IMG/VR virus record: IMGVR_UViG_3300031951_000001 | Coordinates: 248,001 to 312,000 of that record | Length of the DNA: 64,000 nucleotides | Reading direction: 5' to 3' (one strand) | Notes under the pieces: generated by a model | What the model was told of the DNA's origin: nothing | Databases searched by the model: none | What the model saw: only the letters and a program-made list of their open reading frames with translations | Part shown: piece by piece, positions 21,646-32,900 of the stretch | Layout: each line of letters begins with the position of its first letter | Position numbering within the stretch: the stretch's first letter is position 1 | Position numbers and translations under genes: made by a program

Positions 21646-24051
21646 ATGGGATATATACTCAAAAATACGTCAGGATTAATAAATACAAAACTTACTGACG
21701 CAGGACGAAAAAAATTATCACAAGGTAAATTCAATATTACCTATTTTCAAATAGGTGATAGTGAAGTTTCGTACAATGGACTTGAGGATTTTTACAATCA
21801 ATTTGACACAAATATTCTTGAAGCCGGATTCAACGACCATAATTCTGCCGGAGTACCACAATCAAACAAACAGTACGTAAAATACCCTTATTATGTTGAT
21901 GGTAATGGTGGAAACACCTATGGAATTCCTTACATGGATTCAATAGTAAGTCCTGTGTATAATACGGCAGTAATGAGAGGATTTTTTAATGCTGATACGT
22001 CATTTTTACCAACCTCATGGACTGTTTTAACAAATGGGCAATATGTGGTTAATTCTAACTATGTATCAAATATGTCAACTATCAATGGTACTAACACTAT
22101 TGAGTTAATATATAACGCATGTAACGCTAATACTTTAAGATTACCACAAGCCGGTGATATTGTAACTATTTACTACGATGGTGCCGGATTTAATAATTGT
22201 GGATGTAATCCGATACAATATCCACCTTCAGCAACTCCTCCACCGTCACCATCGGCGTCAGCTGCGGTACCCGAACCATTCCCATGTTTAGTTACGCCAA
22301 CACCTACCCCATCAAACCCACCATGTCCTGAACCAACACCAGTGCCATTATGTCCTCCTGAACCGGTTGCCACTTGTGAGATGACAATGTCAAGTTGTTA
22401 TCATATTTTAACTTATAGAATAGTAGAAGTGTGTGGTGGTAGTATAGTTTTAGATAGACCGGCACCCGATTTTACAGTATTTAATAGTTCATGCTATGCT
22501 AGAATATTAATATATCCACCTAACATGACGGAGATATATGATAGTTACACACCACAAGCCCATTGGAATGATGATGTAATCAATTTTGAATCAATATGTG
22601 GTTATGACCAATTTGATGTTAAAATATGGAATATGAATATTCCTTGGTCTGAAGACCCTGCCGGATTAATACCTTCTTTATACAAAGGGTATTCCTATTT
22701 TAATTCAAGAAGTTATATTGGGTCAAAAGAATTCTTTGGTTATATGTCAACAAGCGGACAAACTGATAGTAGTTCAGTTTATTTTTATAATTCATTTGAT
22801 GATAGGATAACAATTACCCCAGAAGAACAAAAGGCTATTGCAATTGTCCATTACACAAATAAAACCATAGATTTATTTTATGGTGAAAAATTTGCAATGG
22901 AGTCAATTGACCCTGATAATCCGGTAGAAACCACGGGACAAGCAAGAAACTTCAAAGTACATCTCCCATGGATTATGTGGCATAAAAATCCTAATTGTTG
23001 CCAAGGACAAACATTTTATGTTGACCCCGAAGGATTCGACAATCTAAATTTATTCCAAGTTCATTATCTAACGTCTAACAAGAATGAGGATATGAACGAC
23101 CCTGGCATGAGATATTATCATTTATGGGACACTAATGCGAATGATGATGGATACCCAAGCAGAGTCGGTAAAGTATTCCCTGACCATAAGTTGGTTATTT
23201 TTGACGATGATGAGATAATTGCGGCTATGTCCTATAAATCGAATAGAAACTGGACTTTACCGGCACCTAGAATTTCATTAGTTGCACCTAATACTTGTGG
23301 TGATGATAATGCGTCAACAACAGGAATATTATCAGGTAGTAATCAAACAATGTATATTACATACAGATTTACTAACAATGTTAATTTTACAAATTCATTA
23401 CACTGTAATTATTATATTAGACAACAAGGACCTAATTTAGATTGTGGTAACCCAATATCACAAAATGTGAGTGTAAGATTTGGTCCTGAGTTTCCGTGTT
23501 TATCATGTGTAGGGTGCGGCGGCGGATGTGTTATGACATCAGGGTTCTTTGCTGAAAATATTGAAATAATCTGTCAAATAGTTGAAGGAAATCAAAGACC
23601 AATTCCTGACGAATGGAAAATAATTGATTTTACATCTCAAATAAGTAATACAATTGTAGATGGATGTATTTTACAAAGTGGATTAACCGCATCTACATTT
23701 GTAATCACTCAAGAATTATATGACGCCGCTGATTATTATAATCTCAACGATTATATTCCTATGGTTAGTTTAAACCCATCTGGTCAAACCTTAAATTTTG
23801 GTGATGAGTATTATTTCTATGGTAATATAGAAACGGATATTCAAGCAACCATTTATGAGATGAGGTATAAGGTTAATTTGAGTTTCTCTGAATTTTTGGT
23901 ACCGTCTAATCCTACTTACAATGGTGGTAGTAGTTACATTACCGACATTGGTCTTTACGATAATGAAAAAAATCTTATGATTATATCGAAAATGCAGTCA
24001 CCTGTATTAAGACAGGGTATTCAGCAATTTTTGGTAAAATTTGATTTTTAA
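21646..24051 (+). CDS. Putative baseplate / tail-fibre attachment protein
   Basis: N-terminal LTDAGRKKLSQG..ITYFQIGDSE and C-terminal ITDIGLYDNEKNLMIISK..P resemble the two halves of the P2 gpH N-terminal (DUF3751-like) domain around a large insert. Confidence 0.55.
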   Translation: MGYILKNTSGLINTKLTDAGRKKLSQGKFNITYFQIGDSEVSYNGLEDFYNQFDTNILEAGFNDHNSAGVPQSNKQYVKYPYYVDGNGGNTYGIPYMDSIVSPVYNTAVMRGFFNADTSFLPTSWTVLTNGQYVVNSNYVSNMSTINGTNTIELIYNACNANTLRLPQAGDIVTIYYDGAGFNNCGCNPIQYPPSATPPPSPSASAAVPEPFPCLVTPTPTPSNPPCPEPTPVPLCPPEPVATCEMTMSSCYHILTYRIVEVCGGSIVLDRPAPDFTVFNSSCYARILIYPPNMTEIYDSYTPQAHWNDDVINFESICGYDQFDVKIWNMNIPWSEDPAGLIPSLYKGYSYFNSRSYIGSKEFFGYMSTSGQTDSSSVYFYNSFDDRITITPEEQKAIAIVHYTNKTIDLFYGEKFAMESIDPDNPVETTGQARNFKVHLPWIMWHKNPNCCQGQTFYVDPEGFDNLNLFQVHYLTSNKNEDMNDPGMRYYHLWDTNANDDGYPSRVGKVFPDHKLVIFDDDEIIAAMSYKSNRNWTLPAPRISLVAPNTCGDDNASTTGILSGSNQTMYITYRFTNNVNFTNSLHCNYYIRQQGPNLDCGNPISQNVSVRFGPEFPCLSCVGCGGGCVMTSGFFAENIEIICQIVEGNQRPIPDEWKIIDFTSQISNTIVDGCILQSGLTASTFVITQELYDAADYYNLNDYIPMVSLNPSGQTLNFGDEYYFYGNIETDIQATIYEMRYKVNLSFSEFLVPSNPTYNGGSSYITDIGLYDNEKNLMIISKMQSPVLRQGIQQFLVKFDF

Positions 24052-24054
24052 TCT

Positions 24055-24654
24055 ATGAAACAAACATTAAAGGAAAGTCCAAAAGTTCTTGGATTAGATG
24101 TGAGCACGAAAACAATAGGGTGGGCCTTGTTTGATATTCAGACAAAACAATTACTAGAATTAACTCACATATCACCAATTCCTAAACCAAAAGAGGATAA
24201 TAAAATCAAAGAACTCCTTTTGAAAAGTGAAATTTTCAGAACAAAACTAGAAAAGTATGTAGGTCTTGGAATTACAAATGTAATTATAGAAGAACCATTA
24301 TTAAACTCTAATAATGTTTATACCATTCAGACACTTTTAAGATATAACACACTTATAACTAAAGAGATATATGATGTGTTAGGTATTGTACCGGAATTTA
24401 TATCAACATATAATTCACGTAAATCGGCGTTTCCTGAACTAGTTAGACAAAACGACAAAAACAAATACGTCCTATTCGGAGGATATCCTAAAGATTGTGA
24501 TAAGAAACAAATAATTTGGGACTTGGTGGCCAAGAGAGAACCTCAAATTCAATGGCAATACACAAGAAACAATACGCTCAAAAAGGAAAATTTTGACCAA
24601 TCTGATGCGTATTGTTGCGTGTTAGGATATATGAAACAAGAAAGTATTTGGTAA
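24055..24654 (+). CDS. ruvC: RuvC-like Holliday junction resolvase
   Basis: VLGLDVSTKTIGWA, VIIEEP and FDQSDA provide the RNase H-fold acidic tetrad. Confidence 0.75.
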   Translation: MKQTLKESPKVLGLDVSTKTIGWALFDIQTKQLLELTHISPIPKPKEDNKIKELLLKSEIFRTKLEKYVGLGITNVIIEEPLLNSNNVYTIQTLLRYNTLITKEIYDVLGIVPEFISTYNSRKSAFPELVRQNDKNKYVLFGGYPKDCDKKQIIWDLVAKREPQIQWQYTRNNTLKKENFDQSDAYCCVLGYMKQESIW

Positions 24655-25221
24655 TTACCACATTGTAAAAAGAATAGGGATTTCTTCATCCAAGATAATT
24701 GTATCATTATTGGTAACAACATTCTTTGGTTTTACCCAAAAATCTTGGTAATTCTGCACCACTCCATTTCTAGCGTATGCGTTGATAACCGGTTTTCCCG
24801 TGTTGTATGTTCCCAAAACCTTTTTCCAATCCTTATATTTCTTATAATGTAAAGATAAACACCTCATAGACACATATACGTTTAGCTCAATACTATCTTT
24901 AAGCTCCTGACGTTTAACAGGAAATCCGGCAAAATAAGAAGCGTATTGTGGCATAATCTGCATGGCCCCAACCGCACCTGCACTTGAAACTTGTTTATGG
25001 TTATAATCTTTATGATGAGGTCCTCGATATCCGGTCTCAATTCTTGCTACGTTGAAAGCAATATGAATGGGAATGTTAAATGAGTCGGCGTATAAAATAA
25101 TTGCCGAATACATTTTTTCGGCATTGTTCTGTGGTTTTGGTTTAATAGGTTTAGTTACCAAAGAGGCATAAACAATAACAGATAAAAATGTGCCCGCCAA
25201 TAAATAAGTTAGTTTTTTCAT
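24655..25221 (-). CDS. Lytic transglycosylase (SLT domain) with an N-terminal hydrophobic anchor
   Basis: VARIETG (catalytic Glu), GAVGAMQIMP and LGTYNTG motifs; hydrophobic N-terminus. Confidence 0.85.
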   Translation of the reverse strand: MKKLTYLLAGTFLSVIVYASLVTKPIKPKPQNNAEKMYSAIILYADSFNIPIHIAFNVARIETGYRGPHHKDYNHKQVSSAGAVGAMQIMPQYASYFAGFPVKRQELKDSIELNVYVSMRCLSLHYKKYKDWKKVLGTYNTGKPVINAYARNGVVQNYQDFWVKPKNVVTNNDTIILDEEIPILFTMW

Positions 25222-25239
25222 AGTTTTTAGTTTTTAGTG

Positions 25240-26094
25240 TTAAGATAAATATTGTCTAATATCCATAGAAAACACCGTATCGAGGACATCTTGGGGTACT
25301 CTGAACTCCTCGAAATCGGAATTTTCTTTCAGTAACACAATGATACAACCAAAAATTTTAATATCCTCATACTTTGACCCTTTTAACATTTCCTTAAGTA
25401 ACTTTCCATAAAATGGTAGCTGTAAGAAGTAGTGTCCTAACGCATTATCGGGATGTTTTTGAAATGGGGACTTCATTCTTTTGGTAAATTGGTTCTCCTC
25501 AAAATTTTTTGGCTTGTTTGTCTTCCAATCTGTTATGATAATACCAACACTTTTTTTATCCCTACTTTCAATTAACCAAACTTTATCAGGTTGTCCAGTA
25601 TATCCAAGACCCGGGTCACCCAAAACAATCTCCGTATCCAAAAGTTCAGCACCTCGTTCTCTCATAAGTTTGAGGTAATTGGTTCCGGCATTAATCATAC
25701 TATCCCCCTTTAGTGTTTGAGTAAAATCACACTCAAACATAGGTTCCCTAACCTCCTTGTCATGTCCAAACATTTCAAGTATTTTTTTCTCCAAGAAAAA
25801 ATGGACCCTACTACCCATATTGGTTGAGTAATCACCAGCGGCTTTCCACTCGGCAAGTAATCGTTGTTGCTCAATAATATCACCTTTTGCTTTCTTTAGT
25901 GATATCTCCTCTGCGGGAAATTCCTCGTAAAACTTTTTTAATAGTTTAGATACTGAAGGGAAGTCACCTTTAATTTCACCACTCAAATCTTTCATAAAGT
26001 ATTTGTGTTCCTCTTCTATGAAAGTTAAATCAATCTCCTTCCGTCTTTTGTGTAATATTTCCCTTATTTCTTCTGATAATTTCTTTAATTCCAT
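25240..26094 (-). CDS. PD-(D/E)XK (RecB-like) nuclease
   Basis: GQPDKVW...ITDWKT...HYFLQLPFY; start moved to ATG 26094 (MELKKL) behind an A-rich leader. Confidence 0.75.
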   Translation of the reverse strand: MELKKLSEEIREILHKRRKEIDLTFIEEEHKYFMKDLSGEIKGDFPSVSKLLKKFYEEFPAEEISLKKAKGDIIEQQRLLAEWKAAGDYSTNMGSRVHFFLEKKILEMFGHDKEVREPMFECDFTQTLKGDSMINAGTNYLKLMRERGAELLDTEIVLGDPGLGYTGQPDKVWLIESRDKKSVGIIITDWKTNKPKNFEENQFTKRMKSPFQKHPDNALGHYFLQLPFYGKLLKEMLKGSKYEDIKIFGCIIVLLKENSDFEEFRVPQDVLDTVFSMDIRQYLS

Positions 26095-26437
26095 TTTTAA
26101 TTTTTTTTGGCATATACCAAATGCCTTCAATTATTGTCATCAAATCCATTAAGATGTGAGCTAAACTGAAAACAATGGCATAATATGTTATTTTATGTAC
26201 AAGTAGTTTTTCAACGGTTACAATATGGTCATCACCGTAATGTTCCTTCAGTAAATGAACTCTATGGTGACCATCCATAATTTTATTTTTTCTATCTACT
26301 AGTATTCTACCTTTAGTTTCATCAAATTTTTTATTTGATAAATCATCAACCAATTCCGTCTTTGACTCATCAAATTCAGTTTTTTTGGTGAATTTCAAAT
26401 TCCCAACTTTAATCTTACGTTTCCTTGTTAAAAACAT
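26030..26437 (-). CDS. ParB/Srx-like N-terminal domain protein with a hydrophobic C-terminal segment
   Basis: ILVDRKNKIMDGHHR motif. Confidence 0.55.
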   Translation of the reverse strand: MFLTRKRKIKVGNLKFTKKTEFDESKTELVDDLSNKKFDETKGRILVDRKNKIMDGHHRVHLLKEHYGDDHIVTVEKLLVHKITYYAIVFSLAHILMDLMTIIEGIWYMPKKIKNGIKEIIRRNKGNITQKTEGD

Positions 26438-27340
26438 TTAATCTTTAATTTGAACATAATATTCATCTATCTGACCCTTCAAATCACACACGTCTTTATC
26501 TTTAGGTAGATGAACAATTTTTATTTTTCCGTACAATTTACCACCATTAAGCTCACGGTATAATTTAACCGCGTTATCATAGGCGTCACCATCCAAAGCG
26601 ATTATAATATTCTTTTTAACCTTATCATATAGAGTGTTAAACAACAACTCACTCATGTGCTTTCCAAGCATCGGAATACTGTTAGGTAAGAAAAATCCAT
26701 CGAACACGCCCTCAACAAGATAGATATCCTTTTTCCAATCTATTAGGTGTTGATTGAAGATTATCTTATCCTTCTCGGCTTGGGGATTTTTGTATTTGGC
26801 TCTCGACTTTGGGTCCCAACTTCTTGCAATATAATAATTCAACTCACCCTCAATATCATATGAAGGTACGATAACCCTACCGGCATGACTACCGTTATCA
26901 CAGAACCCTATTGAATACCTTTCGATAATCTCGTCAGTTATTCCTCTAGTTTTCAGGTAATTATACGCTTGTTTATATACAGGATAGATTGGGTTAGAAT
27001 CTTTAAACATAACAAAACTTTCAGGCAATCTTAACTTTTGTTTTGGTTTTTCCTTTGGTTTGGTGTCCTCAGGTTGAAAAAGTTTGTAGACCTTCTTATG
27101 TTTCTTGTTTCCGTAGATGTCAATAAGTTTACCGAGTGAGCCGTGGGTACTATTGGTTTCAGCACAACTCCAACATTTATATACGTGTTGTAAGTAATTG
27201 ATTTCGAGGTTACCTTTGTTTCTCTCTTCGTCACATACGGGGCAATTAAAGGAGATTTGTCCTCGGTGTTCGTAGTGATGTCTCTCATCACCAAGGATTT
27301 CTCTCAATAATTCAACCAATATTTCTTTTTCATCTGACAT
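26438..27340 (-). CDS. dnaG: DNA primase (DnaG / T4 gp61-like)
   Basis: Zn motif CPVC...CWSC, YLKTRGI, RVIVP, TOPRIM LVEGVFD and IIALDGD. Confidence 0.9.
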   Translation of the reverse strand: MSDEKEILVELLREILGDERHHYEHRGQISFNCPVCDEERNKGNLEINYLQHVYKCWSCAETNSTHGSLGKLIDIYGNKKHKKVYKLFQPEDTKPKEKPKQKLRLPESFVMFKDSNPIYPVYKQAYNYLKTRGITDEIIERYSIGFCDNGSHAGRVIVPSYDIEGELNYYIARSWDPKSRAKYKNPQAEKDKIIFNQHLIDWKKDIYLVEGVFDGFFLPNSIPMLGKHMSELLFNTLYDKVKKNIIIALDGDAYDNAVKLYRELNGGKLYGKIKIVHLPKDKDVCDLKGQIDEYYVQIKD

Positions 27341-27344
27341 CAGG

Positions 27345-27375
27345 TAAAAATAAGGGATAAATTAGATACAATCAA
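27345..27375 (-). promoter_or_regulatory. Variant -33/-7 promoter for the primase operon
   Basis: On the - strand: TTGA, 19-nt spacer, TATTTTTA, then 4 nt to the ATG. Confidence 0.4.
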
Positions 27376-27401
27376 CCTTCACAAGTTTTATCAACCTATT
27401 A

Positions 27402-27409
27402 TATTTATG
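27402..27409 (+). promoter_or_regulatory. Putative late promoter motif TATTTAT
   Basis: TATTTATG upstream of 27427. Confidence 0.5.
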
Positions 27410-27426
27410 AATATAAAAAATTCATA

Positions 27427-27642
27427 ATGCCAACTGAAGTTATTATCAACGAATTATCAGGTCAAAGTCCATTTAATATTTATTTATGTGATAACCCAAC
27501 AACATCTTGTGTGTTTATCGATACAATCACCTCGGCACCTTATAGTTTCGCAATTCCTGATATATTCAATGGTCAAGTTTCTTTTAACTTAAAAATAACA
27601 ACAAATGGTGGTTGTGAAACGTTTCAAACATTGAATTTATAA
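27427..27642 (+). CDS. Small 3-Cys beta protein; stand-alone copy of the N-terminal domain of 29981..34426
   Basis: SGQSPFNIYLCD....CV....KITT.GGCE aligns with [13 protein letters not shown]....CV....KIITADGCE. Confidence 0.75.
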   Translation: MPTEVIINELSGQSPFNIYLCDNPTTSCVFIDTITSAPYSFAIPDIFNGQVSFNLKITTNGGCETFQTLNL

Positions 27643-27643
27643 C

Positions 27644-29917
27644 ATGGCAGCACCAACAACACCTTGTGCATATACAACCCTATGCGTCTATGATACAGGA
27701 TTTCCACAATGGGACGACACCTATACTAGGTCAGGAAGTTATAATGGTAACTACTATTATATAGGTAATACAAACGGATATGTAATTTTTTTAAGTGATA
27801 ACGGATGGTGTCTTTCTGATTATATTGATGGACAATGTTTTTTGAGCGGTAAGTCATGTTACAGAACTTGTCCTGATTTTTGTGATGATTATTTTACCAA
27901 CGGAACTTGTCCCCCACCAGAACCCCCACCACCTGTTAACCCTTGTAATATAATTGATTTTGATGCTATATTCAATTGCGATGTACCATCACCCACACCA
28001 CCACCTACACCTCAATGTGGTGATAAAATAACAATTTCTGCGACTTCACCAACTTCAACAATTGAATTTGAACCTGATACTGATATTGTTTATACTAATC
28101 AAGGTACAATATTCCATAGCCCTTTTAATTTTAATGGTACTAGTCCCGGTAATATATATTTGGCGGTTTCTACAACTCAACCGGTGTGGAAAAGAATTGA
28201 TTCTACTGATGGGCCATTAAATAGAACTGGATTGTGGACCAATCAACCTAATGATAGACCTTACGACACTTGGTTAGGATTTACTGTTTGTATAAATGTT
28301 TCTGAAACTAAAACTTATTGGGTTGGATTAGCGGGGGACAATAATTTTAGAATCTCTATTGATGGTCAAACTATTGTAAATACAATAAGCGGACCTTATG
28401 ATGGTGATACATTTGCCTTTATTTTTTGGCATGTATATCCAATAACATTAACTGCAGGAGACCATGTTGTTGAATTATTTGGATTAAATAATGGGGCTTC
28501 CGGTGCGTTTGGTTGCGAAATTTATAACAACACTATTGATGAATTGACCGGAGCAACCCAAGTTTCTGATTTGGATATAATATTCACATCCGCTGGCCAA
28601 ACAGAGGCGACTATAGTGCAGAATTTATCAGGTCAATATCTGGCCAGTGGATATACATGTCCTGTAGGATATACTTTTGACCCCTGTACCATTTCATGTT
28701 TTACAATTATACCTCCATGTTCCCCAACACCAACTCAAACTCCCACCGCAACAGTATTCTGCCCATTATCGGTTAATGCCTCAATTTCGTCTTACACTCC
28801 AACACAAACACCAACACCGACCCAAACTCCTACATTACCTGAAACGATTACCCGAGGATGTGGATTTTTGGGTGACGTTACCTTTAATACTATAAATTCT
28901 GTTATAGACTGTCCGGTAAGTTTAGAATTTCAAGATTGTTACAATGGATTAACATATTACACAACTAATTCACTCTCAAGGCCTGAAGGTGGCACTTTAG
29001 AAAAGTTTATGATTTATCAGGCGAATATTGACGGAATAAGAAAGTGTGTTTCTTTCGTCGGTATAAACCAAAACATTATAGGAAGTAGTAATGTTACTCT
29101 TATCTCTAATTTGATAGGGTATTCTAATTTAGGTGAATGTACTAATTGTTTAGGAATACTTACCCCGACCCCAACACCAACACCATCAATAACCCCAACA
29201 ATTACATTAACTTCGTCATCTAATAAACCAGCACCACCGGCACCATCACAAAGCCCAACCGTTACCCCTTCTAAACAAGTATTATATTATACGTATGAAA
29301 GATGTGGTACTTACACAAGAGTTTGTCAACCAATGCCGGCAATCTCAAATCAATCAATAGGTACTGTATTCAAAGTAGGTAATGCGGGACAATTCGCGAA
29401 TACTTGTTGGGAGCTAGTTAGTGTAACATCTGTTTGTAATACATCTAACCCTAATTATAATACAATCACATATACTACAAACGCATTTTCGATAATCAAT
29501 AATGTTTTATATACCGACTGTAGTAAGTGCTCATCCAATACACAAACGGCCCCACCCCAACCACCACCACCTAGTTTAACGCCTACAAGAACTCCAACAC
29601 CTACTAAAGCACCACAATCGGCACCAATACAAGCGTGTAAACCCCATACGGTTATAGTATCAACAGGACCATGTAATATATGTTACCATCCGGCTGTTTC
29701 TGCGTTATACCCACTACCTGCCAATACGACTATGTATTCTCCGAGCGACTTTTTAATACCTGGTTCTCAGTTGTACATAAACTCAACCTGTACAACACCC
29801 ATACCTCCTTTCCAATACATCAAAGCCCTTTCATCATCAGGAGGTGCAATAACTCCGACTATGATATCTTTTGGTGGAGGAATAATAAGTAATTACTCAT
29901 GTTCGATATGTTATTAG
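27644..29917 (+). CDS. Modular surface protein with a PA14-like domain and T/P linkers
   Basis: TYWVGLAGDNNFRISIDGQ...ITLTAGDHVVELFGLN resembles PA14; Cys-rich modules and TP repeats. Confidence 0.65.
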   Translation: MAAPTTPCAYTTLCVYDTGFPQWDDTYTRSGSYNGNYYYIGNTNGYVIFLSDNGWCLSDYIDGQCFLSGKSCYRTCPDFCDDYFTNGTCPPPEPPPPVNPCNIIDFDAIFNCDVPSPTPPPTPQCGDKITISATSPTSTIEFEPDTDIVYTNQGTIFHSPFNFNGTSPGNIYLAVSTTQPVWKRIDSTDGPLNRTGLWTNQPNDRPYDTWLGFTVCINVSETKTYWVGLAGDNNFRISIDGQTIVNTISGPYDGDTFAFIFWHVYPITLTAGDHVVELFGLNNGASGAFGCEIYNNTIDELTGATQVSDLDIIFTSAGQTEATIVQNLSGQYLASGYTCPVGYTFDPCTISCFTIIPPCSPTPTQTPTATVFCPLSVNASISSYTPTQTPTPTQTPTLPETITRGCGFLGDVTFNTINSVIDCPVSLEFQDCYNGLTYYTTNSLSRPEGGTLEKFMIYQANIDGIRKCVSFVGINQNIIGSSNVTLISNLIGYSNLGECTNCLGILTPTPTPTPSITPTITLTSSSNKPAPPAPSQSPTVTPSKQVLYYTYERCGTYTRVCQPMPAISNQSIGTVFKVGNAGQFANTCWELVSVTSVCNTSNPNYNTITYTTNAFSIINNVLYTDCSKCSSNTQTAPPQPPPPSLTPTRTPTPTKAPQSAPIQACKPHTVIVSTGPCNICYHPAVSALYPLPANTTMYSPSDFLIPGSQLYINSTCTTPIPPFQYIKALSSSGGAITPTMISFGGGIISNYSCSICY

Positions 29918-29950
29918 AACAAATAAACCAACATAAAACGATTAATTAAT

Positions 29951-29958
29951 TATTTATA
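29951..29958 (+). promoter_or_regulatory. Putative late promoter motif TATTTAT
   Basis: TATTTATA upstream of 29981. Confidence 0.5.
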
Positions 29959-29980
29959 AGAAAACGTTTGGTAGTTAAAG

Positions 29981-32900
29981 ATGGATACTATAAGTTTATT
30001 TAACATATCGGGTGTTAATCCTCCATTCATAATATACATATGTGATATTTACGGCGATAATTGTGTCGAAGTTGCTATAGTAAATAACTTTGTTCCCCCG
30101 ATTATTACACTTAATGTCCCTATAGTTTTCCAAGACTCGGCGGCGGTTGGTGTTAAAATAATAACCGCGGACGGATGTGAAAGATTAGAAACTGTTTTAT
30201 GTAGTATTATAACCACCCCAACCCCTACAATATCGATAACACCAACGATTACCCCTACAATCACCCCAACTATTACTGAAACACCTACAATCACCCCAAC
30301 TATTAGTATTACCCCAACTATTACCCCGACGGTTACTGAAACACTCACACAAACTCCAACCAATACACAAACTCCAACAATAACTAATACGGAGACACCA
30401 ACTAATACGGTAACACCAACCTTAACCCCAACACCTACGAATAATGGTTGTTTTTGTTACTTTGTTGATATTACCCAGTTAGATATCAATAGAGCTAGCG
30501 GTAATACTGAAACAACTGCAAATGGTGTTGTTAATTTAGTGTATTATGATTGTTCCGAGGGTATTATAACCTCTGCAATTACTGGAAGTGGAATTTATTA
30601 TATCTGTAACAATCCATCGGAAACTATAGATGGGTTTAGTATTCCGGTACTATTGAATTACAGTCAAAATAATTTTAGTTATAGTAATGTATTCACACCA
30701 TTATCATTCTCTAGTACGTTTTTTACAGATTATTCAACTTGTTCACAAAGCGGGGATTGTGTTTTGCCAAGTAGCACCCCAACACCAACTCCAACCCCTA
30801 CAGTAACTAATAATGGTTGTTTTTGTTATTTTGTTAATATTTCGGCAATTGATTTAGCAAATGCTATAAACAATACCAATCCCTCATTTGATGGTGTTGT
30901 AAATATTCTATACATAGATTGTAAAGGGGTACTACAAAGACTTACTATATCTTCTCCTGGTATAACTGTTATATGTAACAATGTTCAATCTTCTATTAAC
31001 TCATTCGGAATAGATGTTTATATAACATATTCTAATAACGATGAGTCTTATAATAATAGAAATGATATAATCCAAAGTTTTTATACCACTGATAATACCA
31101 ATTGTACTGAGGCTTCTTCATGTGTTCCACCAACCCCTACTTCTACTAAAACACCAACCGCCACCCCAACAGGTACTGCGACGATAACCCCTACAAATAC
31201 ATTAACTCAAACACAAACACCCACTACAACATCAACATCAACGCAAACACCGACCGCAACACCAAGTCCATTCCCATCAAGAACTCCAAGTAATAGCCCA
31301 ACACCCACAGTAACACCAACTGTAACACCATCACTAACTGTTTCAGGTTTCCCAACAGAAACGCCAACCTCGACCCAAACACCTACCGTTACTCCAACAG
31401 TGACCCAAACACCCACTAATACTTTAACATCAACACCAACAGTTACTGAAACCCCGACCAATACTGTCACACAGACTCTGAGTCCAACTAGTACCGTAAC
31501 ATCAACATCAACTCAAACACAAACTCAAACTCCTACAGAAACAGTTACTAATACCCCTACAGTGACTCAAACACAAACTCAAACTGTTACAATCACAGAA
31601 AGCCCAACGAATACCCCCACAATAACTGAAAGCCCAACAAATACCCCAACAATCACATCAACTCCTACTGAAACATCTACTCCGACATCTACCAATACTA
31701 ATACTCCGACCAGTACGAGTACATTAACAGTGACCCCAACAACAACTCAAACTGTCGCATCTACTAATACACCAACACAGACACCTACCGCAACTGTTAC
31801 TGAAACTCAAACACCAACGCCAACTAATACTAACACATCAACACCTACTAATACTAACACATCAACACCTACTAATACTGTAACCGTAACTGAAACTAAA
31901 ACACCAACGCCAACCAAAACACCAATTAATTGTAATTGTATTGAGTTTTTCGCCGCTGCGGGTGGAGCTGTTATATCTTATAATAAATGTGATGGAACTT
32001 CAGTTACTAATTTATTCGTACCTGGAGGGTCTACGGTTAAGGATTGTATTATAAATGAAGAATATACAATAACATCTGGTGTAATAGTAACTAATTTTGG
32101 TTCATGTATCGACAATTCATGTCCTACTCCGACACCAACACCTACCACCACCGAGACCCCAACAAATACGGTAACACCAACTCCGACCACTACTGAAACT
32201 CCGACTAGTACAGAGACCCCAACAAATACCGTTACCCCAACTCCGACTATAACAGTCACTCCAACTAAAACTGAATTTAAACCTCTAAACTTATGGTTTA
32301 GTGGTTGTTGTCAACCAGGACAAATCATTCAATTATATGAAGTTCCTGGTGAAATAGGTCAAACCATAATTGAAGGAGATGTTTATTATATTGAATCACC
32401 ACAGTTCAAGGGATGCGCGACTAATATAGCTCAAACTCTAACGGATTTACAATACTTGTATTTGAATATTACTAATCAATTCACTTGCCAAGATTGTATA
32501 GATTCAAATCCTTGTCCAACATCTACACCTACTCCGACACCAACCGAAACTCCAACTCAAACACCAACTCAAACACCAACTACAACTCAAACGCCAACCG
32601 AAACAAATACCCCAACAGTAACTCAAACACAAACAAGTACAATCACTAGTACTCCAACAAACACGGTTACTAATACTCAAACTCAAACAGTTACACAGAC
32701 AGTGACTGTTACTGAAACGATAACAAGTACTCCTACTCAAACAAATACAACAACTAATACTCCAACTCAAACCAGTACAGTTACCAACACATCGACCCCA
32801 ACATCAACAGAGACATCTACGCCTACGCCAACCAACACTACAACATCTACACCTACAACAACAGAAACACCCACACCTACCCCAACACCAACGACAACAC

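Noticed and set aside
24055-24654. RuvC-like ORF as TnpB, Cas12 or IscB
   Set aside because: It is only 199 aa, with no zinc finger, bridge helix/HNH or adjacent ncRNA space; it fits a stand-alone resolvase.
24649-24660. 12-bp palindrome TGGTAATTACCA
   Set aside because: It arises from two convergent genes both ending Trp-TAA back to back; there is no loop or T tail, so it is probably coincidental.
26092-26110. A8 run (A AAA AAA) at the ParB-like/nuclease overlap as a programmed frameshift
   Set aside because: A -1 slip meets TAA at once, and the nuclease has its own ATG at 26094. A homopolymer length error is possible but cannot be judged here.
27631-27646. Frameshift or readthrough fusing the 71-aa gene to 27644
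   Set aside because: There is no slippery motif and the downstream frame has a TGA four codons upstream of its ATG; translational coupling is sufficient.
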